Positions 39,362 to 50,233 of a stretch of 64,000 bases of DNA are shown here, in pieces. The DNA comes from Saccostrea echinata (lineage: Eukaryota). Each line of letters begins with the position of its first letter. Position 1 is the first letter of the stretch. A model generated the notes under the pieces. The model worked only from the letters and a program-made list of their open reading frames with translations, ran no database searches and was not told where the DNA came from. A program made the translations under genes and the position numbers. Where the stretch lies: contig NW_026889803.1 of assembly GCF_033153115.1 (NCBI RefSeq), positions 50,344,001 to 50,408,000 on the forward strand, in the 5' to 3' direction.

Positions 39362-42300
39362 TTAGTTTAAACAATCAAACATATATCCATGTTTATGGGT
39401 TCTTGAAGACACCAAAACATCAGCTGTTCCGTTGATATCGTCGATTTGGTCACTGTTGAAGGTAACAGTAATTTGTTTCCTGCCTGGTGTCCTCGGGGTC
39501 ATCGTCATTTCCGCCACCCATTCGGTTCTCGGCGCTACATCACTGCAATTTCAAATTAAGCAGTGAACTAGTTCAGACCCCTATCACTCATGGCCTACTA
39601 ATTAAATACTACATGTTAAAATTAATTGTATATAATGGCTTACCTCACATTAGCCAAAGGCTTCAGGCTTACAAATATTTACATATCGAACACCATGTAG
39701 AGTTTTATTCACCTTGTGCATAAGTTATGAATTTTGAAATTACTAGTAATTAGTAATTTTACTATGAGAATAAAACAAAGGTGATCTTCAGAGCTTATAA
39801 TAAAGACATCTCTGAAAAAAGACACAAATCAATGCTCATCAGCTGTATTTCATTCATAGAGTCGGTAAAATCGTTTTTGCGTGGGTTACCTGATTCTCTG
39901 ATCGAACTCTCCATCAATTCCAGGTCCATCCACACTAATAGAACAGTTCCTAAGAATTGTGTTCAGTGGGTTCCGGAACCTTAATTGACACTGGAAAGGC
40001 TTGTTTACCTCAACAGAGGGTGAAAGTACCTACAACATCAAAACTTTAGCTGCAAACGCCCATACATGTATCTTTTACACACATTCATCATGTATACATA
40101 AATATGTTTGTATGGAAATGAAAATAACGGTATCAACCTCAATGCCCATTGCCGGTTTTAGGAGCCGGAAGTCGTCCTCCCACGAGACTATCTGACCCGT
40201 CTCCTGAACCTCCGCAACAATGGAAACTTTGAGGTCAACATTTTCAGTAATCTTGTGGAGGTAATCCGATGCGGAGATTTCCATTGACATCTCTCCATCT
40301 ATAAATTAAATTTATGAAAAAAATATTAATTTAAAAAATGTGTGCAAAGTTCTATTTACTGATTAATGGACAAAAAATACTGATTTTTCAATTGGCTACG
40401 ACTGGTCATCAACTGGAAGTAGCTGATTTAAAGCACTAGTGTCATATGTATGTTTTAATAGCTTATTATAATGACTGAATTGATAAATACAAAACTGATA
40501 CAACTTATCATTTATTTAGTTATATTGTAACCTACTTGATGAAGGTGCAACAGGTAACTGATACGACTGTTCTTTGATTTTTTGGTGTCGCCGCCCAGTA
40601 TACAATACGGCCTCGCAGATCATCTTAGCCGTGACCGTCCTTGTTAGTGCTGCTGTGTTGGTAAAAGAAAAACTCACGACAAAGTCCTGGCCAAGATTAA
40701 CATAATTTCTGTCCACAAAGCCGTGAAATTGCACATCTTCCTAAAAGGAGGTTTATCAAGCACATATCATTGAAGGTGTTCTGAGTATTTTTGACCGTCG
40801 ATTCTTTATTTATTTGTTAAAAATATAGCTAAACTTTTATGGCTAGCATTTGTAATCATTAACGTCTTTCAGCTAGATTCTTATGGCTAGCACTGGTAAT
40901 CATTAACATCTTTTCAAAAACAAACACGTCATCACATTATAAAATACTAGTATACATCCTGCCATTGTGAATATACCCCAGGAGTAAGACAGTTGCATTG
41001 TTATATCTTTAAGTTGTTTCTAATTGAAATCTTTACTATAAAAAGTCTAACATTTCTAATGTTTTTTTTTTTTTTCTGAAAGGTTAAAAAAATCGATATT
41101 GGACTGAGTGAGATATTGGACCCGTCGGTGAGATATTGGACCGCTATGACGTTTTTACGTCAAACTATAGGTGGGATCAGCTTTATCTTATCAATTATTG
41201 CAAACATGGAAGACAGCAAAAGATATGTCAAAATAAAAAGTAAAAGGTATATCAACACAATTATTGACTGTATTATCGGGCAAATGCGTTTTGTCGATCC
41301 CTCAATCGAACCATTTTGTTTGCCTTCAACCTAACGGCCTCAGGGAAACAGTTTGGTTCTTGGGTCCGACAAAACACATGTTGCCCTTGAACCCAGTCAA
41401 TAAATGAATAATATTCTTTATTTGTGGGACTTTTTCACCCACAGTTTGGGTATTTCAATATGTAATCAACAGGCTGTAATATTGGTCTATACATACGCTC
41501 TGACGTTCGTTTCACTTTCACGGTAGTTTGTATGTATTCTGTACAGCCATGAATGTATACCTATATATATGACTTTTTGCATTTTCATTGTATGCTTCTT
41601 TGATGCCAATCGCACACTTTCTTTGTCTGTAAATCTCGAATTCAAACGTTTTCTATTCATTATAGAGGTCAAATAACTTACCACTTTGTTTTCATTGATG
41701 TAGGGTGCACTACTGTTCCGAGCACGGCTTGCCTTCTTCACCGCAAGTCTTTCTCGAGCTGACGCTGAAGTATTATTTTAGTGAACATGTACTATCATTT
41801 TCAGTATCCAAACATTCAGGAAAAATATTCAAATATACACGATACTTTGCGTAACAACAAGTATGCAAATGTCTGAATTTGAACTCCTCTGCTGATTTTT
41901 TTTAACTACTTTTTTTTACTACTTTTGACCCCCCCCCCTTTCCCTTTTCAGCCATTTCCATGAAAAAAAAATCACGTACATTTCTGGAAGAAAATTATTA
42001 AATTTAAAGAGATTTAAGAGAATGTAAAGCTAGGCAGTCACTGAAGAGTGTATCCCATGTATACTTACCGTCTGGGTATTTGTAATCATTCGTGATATCC
42101 TCACGAATCCTAGATCCTCGTCCTCTAATGGGTAGTCCATCAGGAACTTTGGTGCTAATATTCTTACCTATTCTAATTTTGAAATTAAAATGTATGTGAA
42201 AAATTTGACTTGGAATATAAATATTGAATATTAATTAACTCTTTCTTAAGAAAGATATACTTACGCTGCAGGATCTAGAGTAACAATGGACCATTTACCG

Positions 42301-45300
42301 CCCTCTCCGCGGGCCCAAACAACTTTATCTGCATTTACTTCCGCAAATACAAACGGCGTATCATATAGCAGTTCGCACCTGCCTTCTTTTATTGCTTTAA
42401 GTGATGCTGGACCACATTGGTTGAAACCTTTAACATTCAATTATTTCATGTGGAGTACTAGTATCGTAGTAGTAATACATGTGTGTACGAGGGTCGTTCA
42501 ATAAATAATGCAACAAACAGTATATCATAGTAAAAATAGATCTATTTAATTTTATTTTTTCAGAATTAAAACATTCAAAAGAGCATCTAATCGTAAAAAA
42601 CCCCATGATTTTTCCTATTGTCCTCGCAAAGACATTCACTTTTAAAGTATGCATGGTCACTACACTGAGCTGAAAACTGTTTAAAATGGTCTCTGCAAAA
42701 AAGATCAAAATTAGAGCGTATGTGAATCCTGTGCTTCTTTACATAAATCGCCGAAGAACTCATATTAAAGATATAATTTTTATATGTGGAAAGAATAGTC
42801 TTTAACGCTGTTTAATTTTCAGATTGATTCAGAAATTCAAAAGTAAAAAAGGAGAGTTTAAATATAAAAGTCAAACTAGTCGATTGAAATTTGTAGGGGC
42901 ACCAAAAATTATCGATGCAATGTGCAACATAATATCTGAAAATGTCAGATTTACATCCAAAGACATTGCTAGAACACTAAGCATTTCATCGTCATAACAT
43001 TTTATAGAATTGTGACAACGGGAATGAATGTAATAATATTTCTATCAGATATATGCCTTATTTTCTTAAAATTTCCTAAGAGAAAAATACGAATTAAATG
43101 TGCAAACGGTCTACTTAAACACAAATATTTTAACAAAATAGAATATTTCTTCAATTTGCGTGATGATAAAGAAACATGGGTGCAGTTTTTATAGCCAAAA
43201 ACGGAAGAACAATAATAAGATGTGGAATCAAAGAAAAAGCTATCGTTCTTATTAATGTAAAGAGAAACAAGGGCTCCAAGCATGTTTTTATTAGTTTTCA
43301 TTTTTTCAAGAGGTTCAATAAATAATTAGGTACACCCAAAGGAAGTACCATTAATGGTAACTTTTATGTTCAAATTCGACTGAGGAAAGATAAACAGATT
43401 TCCTGCAAAGGAAGTCCAAATGCCATTCCCAGGGTAATTTTCTTGCACCTGGCAACGCTGCTGCAAATAAGCACAGAGAAATAAATGAAATTTTGAAGAA
43501 AAGAAAGTTTACAGAGCTTTGCCTTCCCCCATATTCGCTAAATCTCAGTCATTGTGCGATCTTTTTATTCTAAAAATGCATGAAAACAATCAAAGGAAGA
43601 TTGTACAATATTAGATATGTCATGGAAAGTGATATTCATCAGTGTCTTTGGGACATCCCTAAAGATGGGTATGCTGAGGTTTTCTGGTCATGGTTACAAA
43701 GACTTAAGACATGTGTAAAGGATAACGGGAATGATTTGAGGGATTGAAAATGTTTAGAATTTGTATTACGTACCTTTCCTACTTTTAGATGACCTATTGC
43801 ATTATTTATTGAACGATCCTCGTATATAGTCAAGTTCAGCCTTTGTTCACTAAAAAGCATAAGTCTAGCGAATCTCTATAGAATATATATGTATTGCTTT
43901 TCTCTTTTCCGTTATATTGACCGGTACTAGAGATACTCTTAGTAACATTAACATAACCAAACGTCTCTGTATTTTAACTAGAAACAAACTGTATTGAAAA
44001 TCATGAGTGGATCATATACTAGTATCTTTATTCTCTCTCTCTCCCTCTCTCTGTTTCTGGTACGTACAGTTTATTTTTCATTCAAAATATATTTCTTTTT
44101 CATCAGTTAAATAGTTTTAAAACATCGCTACTCTTGCTGAGTATTGCTTCTTCTATTAGTGTAATAAGCAATTTTTAAGAAAAGATTAGCCCGTACCAGA
44201 GCTTTCTTCCTGAGGAGTGGCGTCAATTATCTGCCAGCCGCCATATCCAGAGGGAAGATCGCGCCTCTCCATCCAAACCTCGTTCCAGCAATGGGAATTC
44301 CTATAATCATCGCCTCACATAAACACATGCAAGAGATTTTTCTCCATAGTACATGTAAATGATCAATTAAAAGTTTAATTTATCCGTTTCTTTATTTAAT
44401 TTGAAATATACGAATCCTTTTTTCTTTGATATAATTAATTATTTGATATAATACAATTATTTTAGATCTCATGTGCATTTCAACTGCAGTATTTTGCTAA
44501 GAGAGTTTTATTCCTCGGACAAAGCAGTTATTACTTCATAGTATAGTTCTGAGGGAAAACCCTAAAAAATCCAGAATCCATGCCATGTTCAATGTTGAGT
44601 AAATTAAAGACATCTAAGATATCCGTCCTAAAACTCACCAAATACTGTCTCTCTTAAAGCTTCTAAAATGAGGTCACGACCTCCCTCCTGTTGGTGACCT
44701 ACCAGATACTCTCCTCATTCGGGGGCACAAACTCCCTCCTGCTGGTGATTTACCAGATACTCTTCCTCTCCTGATTTGGGGACACCACCTCCCTCCTGTT
44801 GGCGACCTACCAGATACTCTCCTGATTTGGGGGCACCACCTACCTCCTATTCTGGACCTAGCAGATATTCTCCTGATTCAGGGTGCCACCTTCCTCCTGT
44901 TTGTGACTTACTGGATACTCTCCCTCTCCTGATTTGGGGGGGGGGGGGGGCACCACGTCCCTTCTGTTTGTGACTTACCCGATACTCTTACTCTGCTGAT
45001 TTGGGGAGCACCACATTCCTCCTGTGAATGACTTACCAGATACTCTCTCTCTCTCCTGATTTGGGGGGGGGGGCACCACTTCCCTTCTGTTTGTGACTTA
45101 CCAGATACTCTCCATCTCCTGATATGGGGGTACCACTTCCCTCCTGTTGACGACCTACCAGATACTCTCCTCATTCAGGGCGTCACCTTTCACCTGTTTG
45201 TGACTTACCAGATACTCTTCCTTTCCTGATTTGGGAAACCCCTACCTCCTGTTGGTAACTTATCAGATACTCTCACTCTCCTGATTTTAGGGCACCACCT

Positions 45301-48300
45301 CCCTCCTGTTGGTGACTTACCAGATACTATCCCTCTCTTGATTCGGGGGCACCACCTCCCTCCTGTTGGCGTCTACATAGATGTCTATCTTGATGTTTCC
45401 ATCCGTGTCGTGAGCGGAGGAGAAGTTTGTGATGGTGCGGCAGGGCAATCCCAGAGCTCGGCAAACTACATGTAACAAATTAGAAGGCTTGGTAGGTATG
45501 AGAGAAATGTTGAAAGCTATTCATTTTTCATTGCAATATCATAATATATGTAAGTTTACATAAAATGTAGAAATGTATCCAGTTCATAGTAATGAGAAAG
45601 CTTTTCTATGCAAACGAAATTTGTGGCCTGCAAAGAACGATGAGTGTTCAAGCATCTTGTTTAAGACATTCACTAATGATGCCGTCTTTTATATTTTGAC
45701 AGACATGATCAGACTTCTTACTGGTCGTCACGACTCCGGCGAAGGTGAAGCATTGTCCCCATTTAACAGGCCTCCTTGACTTGAGGAACTGTCTTAAGAT
45801 GATCACACTTCCGTTCCAAGAGGACGGGTTCTTCCCCTCTCTATAGTCCCCACTCCAGTTACCCACCAACACACCATTATCCTGATTAACATTCACCTAA
45901 AATCATCAACTGATAGAATAATAGTCATTTTATAAGTTTCTGCAAATAAGGTGCCTAAAAAATCATTTATTAATGCAAATCTAAGCAGTCTAATGCATCG
46001 TCAAGTGAGTTGAAATACAATTTAAAGCTTTCTCAAGTCTTTTTTTTTGGGGGGGGGGATATATACCTTTTAACAGTTTTCTTTACCAATATTGTTCTTA
46101 AAATCACTGATCTGTTCAGCTAATGTGCAAGTTAGTTCATATACCGGGTATTTAATACTTTGTACCGTCGTGAGATTGTTAGATGATTATATGATCATAC
46201 TAAAGGATGCAAAGATACTCCTCAACCAAAAATATAGGTTTTGTTGCCAACAGGCTTATGTACAATACAGTGTCACAGTTATAGCACATTTACTTACAAT
46301 CTTGGATATGATTCTGGACACACGGATTGGGTTAGACATGGCGTATCCAAACCGAGAGTCAAATCCTAACTGAACACACATCAAGGAAGCTTCCAGTACG
46401 TCAGACTCAAACTGAAATAATTCCTCAAAGAATAGTAGTTGTTTAATAACTCTGAGAAAAGGTTTTATTTTTTGAAAATTATATAATTGAAAACCTAGAA
46501 TTGCTCTCTTGAGGATTTCTCATCAAAGATGACGAATACAGGTTCCGATGACTGACCTGACCGTAAAACCAAGGCTTTTGATCGATGTACTTTGAATCCC
46601 CATTAAAGATAACCCCACTGTCGTTAAGAATGTATTCGTTTAGTTTGCTCATGTCCGGAAAGTAGGTATCATCCTCTGAAATCCAGACAATGTATATGAA
46701 ATTTGATAATAATCAGACACGTCCTTCAGACATTTAGTGTATCTCTGTTTAGCTGGAATAATTATGCATACCTTTACACCAAGGATTAAAGAGAATAAAA
46801 ATACTCTTTTTCATAGTATATTTCAGGGCACGTGGTTTCACATCATCTGGTACAATATTTTCCACTGTTAGTCGCCATTCTGCTACAATACAGTCTGCTG
46901 GCGGCGTCACCATAACTACTACGCTATTTTCCTTGTGTCTTCCCTTCAGAACAGCCGTCCATTCGCTGGGACCAGTTGGTTTACGTTCAGACTGTAGCAA
47001 GCACTGGACATGCGTCCCTTTGCCGGGCTTGGGATTCGGTCCTGTAGTTAAAAGTACATGTAAAAGAAATTTTCGAATTAAATTACTAATCAATCTATAA
47101 TTATTCAAAAATATAAGTTTTAAGAATGATAACGAATGACATTATTTTATTCTATTTTTTTTTACATCCAGTAATAAATATATCTGATATGGATTTGCAT
47201 AATTCTTAATGCTTTTTTTTTCCTGTTCATTTCGAAGTTTTCTTTTTCACTTGAGATGAAGACCATTTCAGTTTCGAAGAATAGTATACTGACAACGTAC
47301 CAGCTTTGAAGACAAGTCGAATGGTATTTTTCTTGAGGCTAAACTTTTTGTCGAAGTGCATAACTAGGTTGAACGACTGCCCCCTCCTTACTACCAGACC
47401 TCCGGCCTGGACAAGATCGTATTTCTCTGTATGGTGCGATCGACCATTCTCGTCGCTCAGAACGTCAATGGAGGTGATCCTAGCACGACCAGCAGCAACG
47501 TCGTCACTTCCAGATTCATCGATGTTAAAGTTGGTTCTATCGACTGTAATGAAACAAGAAATCCACAAGAAAAAAACCATCTTACAAAGAATGAAATATA
47601 TGGAGATAACGAACAGTATTCAAGCTCAAAGTCCATTAAACAATACAAAATAGGAGCAGAGCAAACACGGACCTCCAAAACATCAGAGGTGGGATGAGGT
47701 GGGATGAGGTGCCATGAGCATCCCCTGCCGACTGGTCACACCCACCGTGTGCTCCTTGTCATGATCGGGAAATAACGGAAAAATCCGTCGACAATTCAGT
47801 GTGTAAATAATGGCCTAACAATTAGTATGAAAATGTCAGTCAGCATTTAACTCAATGATAAATTGTATTTGCTGTCAAGGTCATTGTATCGACCATCGAA
47901 CTTACGAAATGATGACTTCAAACGAGACTGCTGAAATTCTTGTTTCATCAACTTGTTTGTCAATAATTTACCTCGTTTTAGAAATTGTACATACGTAGAG
48001 CATGCTCTTGCGTATCGAATCAACTGAGAGAGATAAACCCCGTATGCAGGTGATGAAGGTATATTGCTGCATAAGTAAAGGAAGTTGTCGATTGAAAAGT
48101 TAAAGTCATCACGTTTATCATAAAGCTTGGTTGTTAGATTACCATTAACGTCTTTTTCAAGTAAAATATCCAAATATGAAACAGATGTGTCAGACTCTGT
48201 GGTATCTTTTTTCTCAAGCTCACCGAGATATATCGTATCGTCATAAGAATGGAAATAGCCATTGTTAATTGACAATACGTCGTCGATATATCTAAATGTC

Positions 48301-50233
48301 GAGTTGAAGGCCACAGCATAAGATTTTGGACAAAATCTGCTTCATATGAATACAAAAAAAGGTCTGCTAATAACGGGGGGGGGGGGCAATTGGTACCCAT
48401 GGGAATTCCAATAGATTGTTGGAAGACCTGGTCTCCAAAAACCACATAGATATTGTCAAACAGAAACGCAAGCATCTTTTTAATGTCAACTTCAGAGTAC
48501 TTGTGTGTACAATCAGATTGTTTTTTAACAAAATAATTTTGCAAATGACCAATGACAAGGTAAGTAAATTTACGAGGTCCATTTTTATTGAAAAAGCAGC
48601 TGTCAATGATATCAAAATGCCTGGACTTTAATTTATCGTGGGGAATGGTTGTGTATAAAGTTGAAAAGTCGTAAGTTTTTAAGCTGTTGATTTTGGTAAA
48701 TTCTTGTGATTTCAAATTGTCCAAAAGTTCCTTGGAATTATTAAGTGTCCATATCTGATTTACACCACTTCTCGAATATATTGTTGCACAGTACTCTTTC
48801 TCCTTCACTACTGTTAATATCTTTGTGAGGAGTAAAGAAAGAGGCTTGGTTGAACATTTACTGGAACCAGCTATGTACCTTTCTTTGTAAGGATTTTTAT
48901 GAAGTTTCGGAATCCAATATAGATATGGTAATTCAAATTCATTTTGGTTGTTTGGAATATTAAAAATATTCAAAACTGTTATATGATTTTGAAGAATTTC
49001 TTCCTTAGAAAGGGAACTATGAGTATAAGTTGGATTACCACTTGTAGAATTAAATCCAAGTTCCTCTAAAATACATTTAATATAATGAGCCTTACAAACA
49101 AAGACAATGTTGTTACCTGCTTTGTCAGCAGGGACCAGTACGTACTGATCCTGTAATCTATTTAATTCTTTTTTCACTTCTTGATTATTGAATACAGAAG
49201 GATAGATGGTTCTCACATTGCCCCTTAATCTTTTAATGCGCGATTTTAGCATACAACTGATACACTTAATCCATTCTGACAACGTGTCATGGTCTTCTTT
49301 TTCATGTCTGGCCCATCGCCTGGCGTAATCCTCGACAGAATCCATAATATTTATGAAATTCCGACGCCAGTTGAAGGATCGGGGTTCCCTATATTTAGGA
49401 CCTTTTAAAATCGATGATCTAAGGTCCTCATATTATTATCTTCTTTGCATTTTGGGATCCAATAAATATATTGTCCTCTTTACACATAGGTCTCTACAGA
49501 AGATATTGTCCTCTTTGCATTTTGGGTCTCTAGTTAAGACATTGTCCTCTTTACATTTGGGTTTCTAATTAAGCCATTGTCCTCCTGGCATTTTCCGTCT
49601 CTATTAAAGATATTGTACTCTTTGCGTTTAGGGTCTCTAGTTAAGATTTTGTCTCCTTTGTCTTCTGGGTCTCTAATTATTTTCCTCTTTTCATCTGTAT
49701 TTCATATCAAGATATTGTTCTCTTTACTTTCACGTCTCTAATTAGGATATTGTCTTTAAATTTGGATTTCTAATTAGGATATGTTCCGCTTTACATTTGT
49801 TGAATAAGTCTGGAGACTTAGGAAAGATGAAGAATAATGAGTAACTCACCGAAGACGGAAGGACGAAATTTCGTTTAAAGTTGACATTCGAGGTATTCAG
49901 ACGTCTCAAATAAAATAGACTTTTTGAACAATATTGAATAAAAATATTATGTCTACCTGGCATGTTCGGCTCCGATGGAAATGTAGTGTTCCGATCAGTG
50001 AGTGGTCGTATCGTTGAGGTCCATTCTGGGCGGTAAGGTTCTGATGTCCTAAGCACTGGTACAGAGGGAGATCTCTCAATGGTCACTGGTATGTTGTACG
50101 TACGATTACGGAATGACGGCACACGGTTAAATGTACTTCCGCTGCGAAAACCATCACTGTCCAGCATGCGATAGTCCATAAATGCAGGGAAGTTACTGGG
50201 TTTGAAGTTCCAAGTATTAGGATTGTAAGTCAT
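39362..50233 (-). CDS. Protein-glutamine gamma-glutamyltransferase (transglutaminase, TGM1/annulin-like), ~827 aa
   Basis: Exons: 50233-49957, 47543-47301, 47041-46772, 46675-46557, 46411-46298, 45896-45722, 45465-45321, 44300-44197, 42427-42265, 42172-42069, 41764-41682, 40740-40536, 40298-40138, 40029-39890, 39542-39362 (TAA). Sum is 2484 nt with an open frame. Motifs [38 protein letters not shown] (catalytic Cys), [21 protein letters not shown] (His), [12 protein letters not shown] (Asp), [24 protein letters not shown]. Confidence 0.95.
42488..43822 (+). mobile_element. Fossil mariner transposon (full length, decayed transposase) in a transglutaminase intron
   Basis: TIRs cgagggtcgttcaataaataatgcaa / ttgcattatttattgaacgatcctcg with TA flanks, ~1.33 kb. 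Remnants DDKETWVQF (GDETW motif), a PPYS-..L..C motif and W..RL..CV...G...FEG. Confidence 0.9.
44633..45375 (-). repeat. Minisatellite (~50-67 bp unit) built from the 3' end of TGase exon 7 plus its splice donor
   Basis: Unit on the - strand is approximately caccaacaggagggaggtggtgccccc-aatcaggagag-gagagtatctg|gtaagt. The exon end at 45321 is followed by 11 further copies and a divergent terminal copy at 44639. Confidence 0.95.
47590..49430 (-). mobile_element. 5'-truncated Naiad-type Penelope-like retroelement (C-terminal RT) in TGase intron 1
   Basis: LKGPKYREP linker, [62 protein letters not shown]. The ORF ends after the RT thumb with no C-terminal GIY-YIG. Frameshifted near 48320-48390. 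Confidence 0.9.
49435..49800. repeat. Degenerate ~35-38 bp tandem repeat (atattgtcctctttgcattttgggtctctagttaag)
   Basis: About 9-10 copies by eye, directly at the truncated 5' end of the PLE. Confidence 0.85.

Noticed and set aside
44690-45320. ORFs 44776-44973 and 44908-45174; CRISPR-like appearance
   Set aside because: The ORFs are translations of the minisatellite. Units are contiguous with no unique spacers, and the context is eukaryotic with no cas genes.
47590-49430. Selenoprotein-encoding Naiad, or telomerase
   Set aside because: No in-frame TGA at Cys positions and no SECIS seen. The multi-copy, truncated, intronless structure fits a PLE rather than TERT.
49850-49905. Extra small TGase exon (ag...tcg|gtgagt)
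   Set aside because: Inclusion gives an immediate TGA or a phase mismatch. 49957 joins 47543 cleanly in frame.
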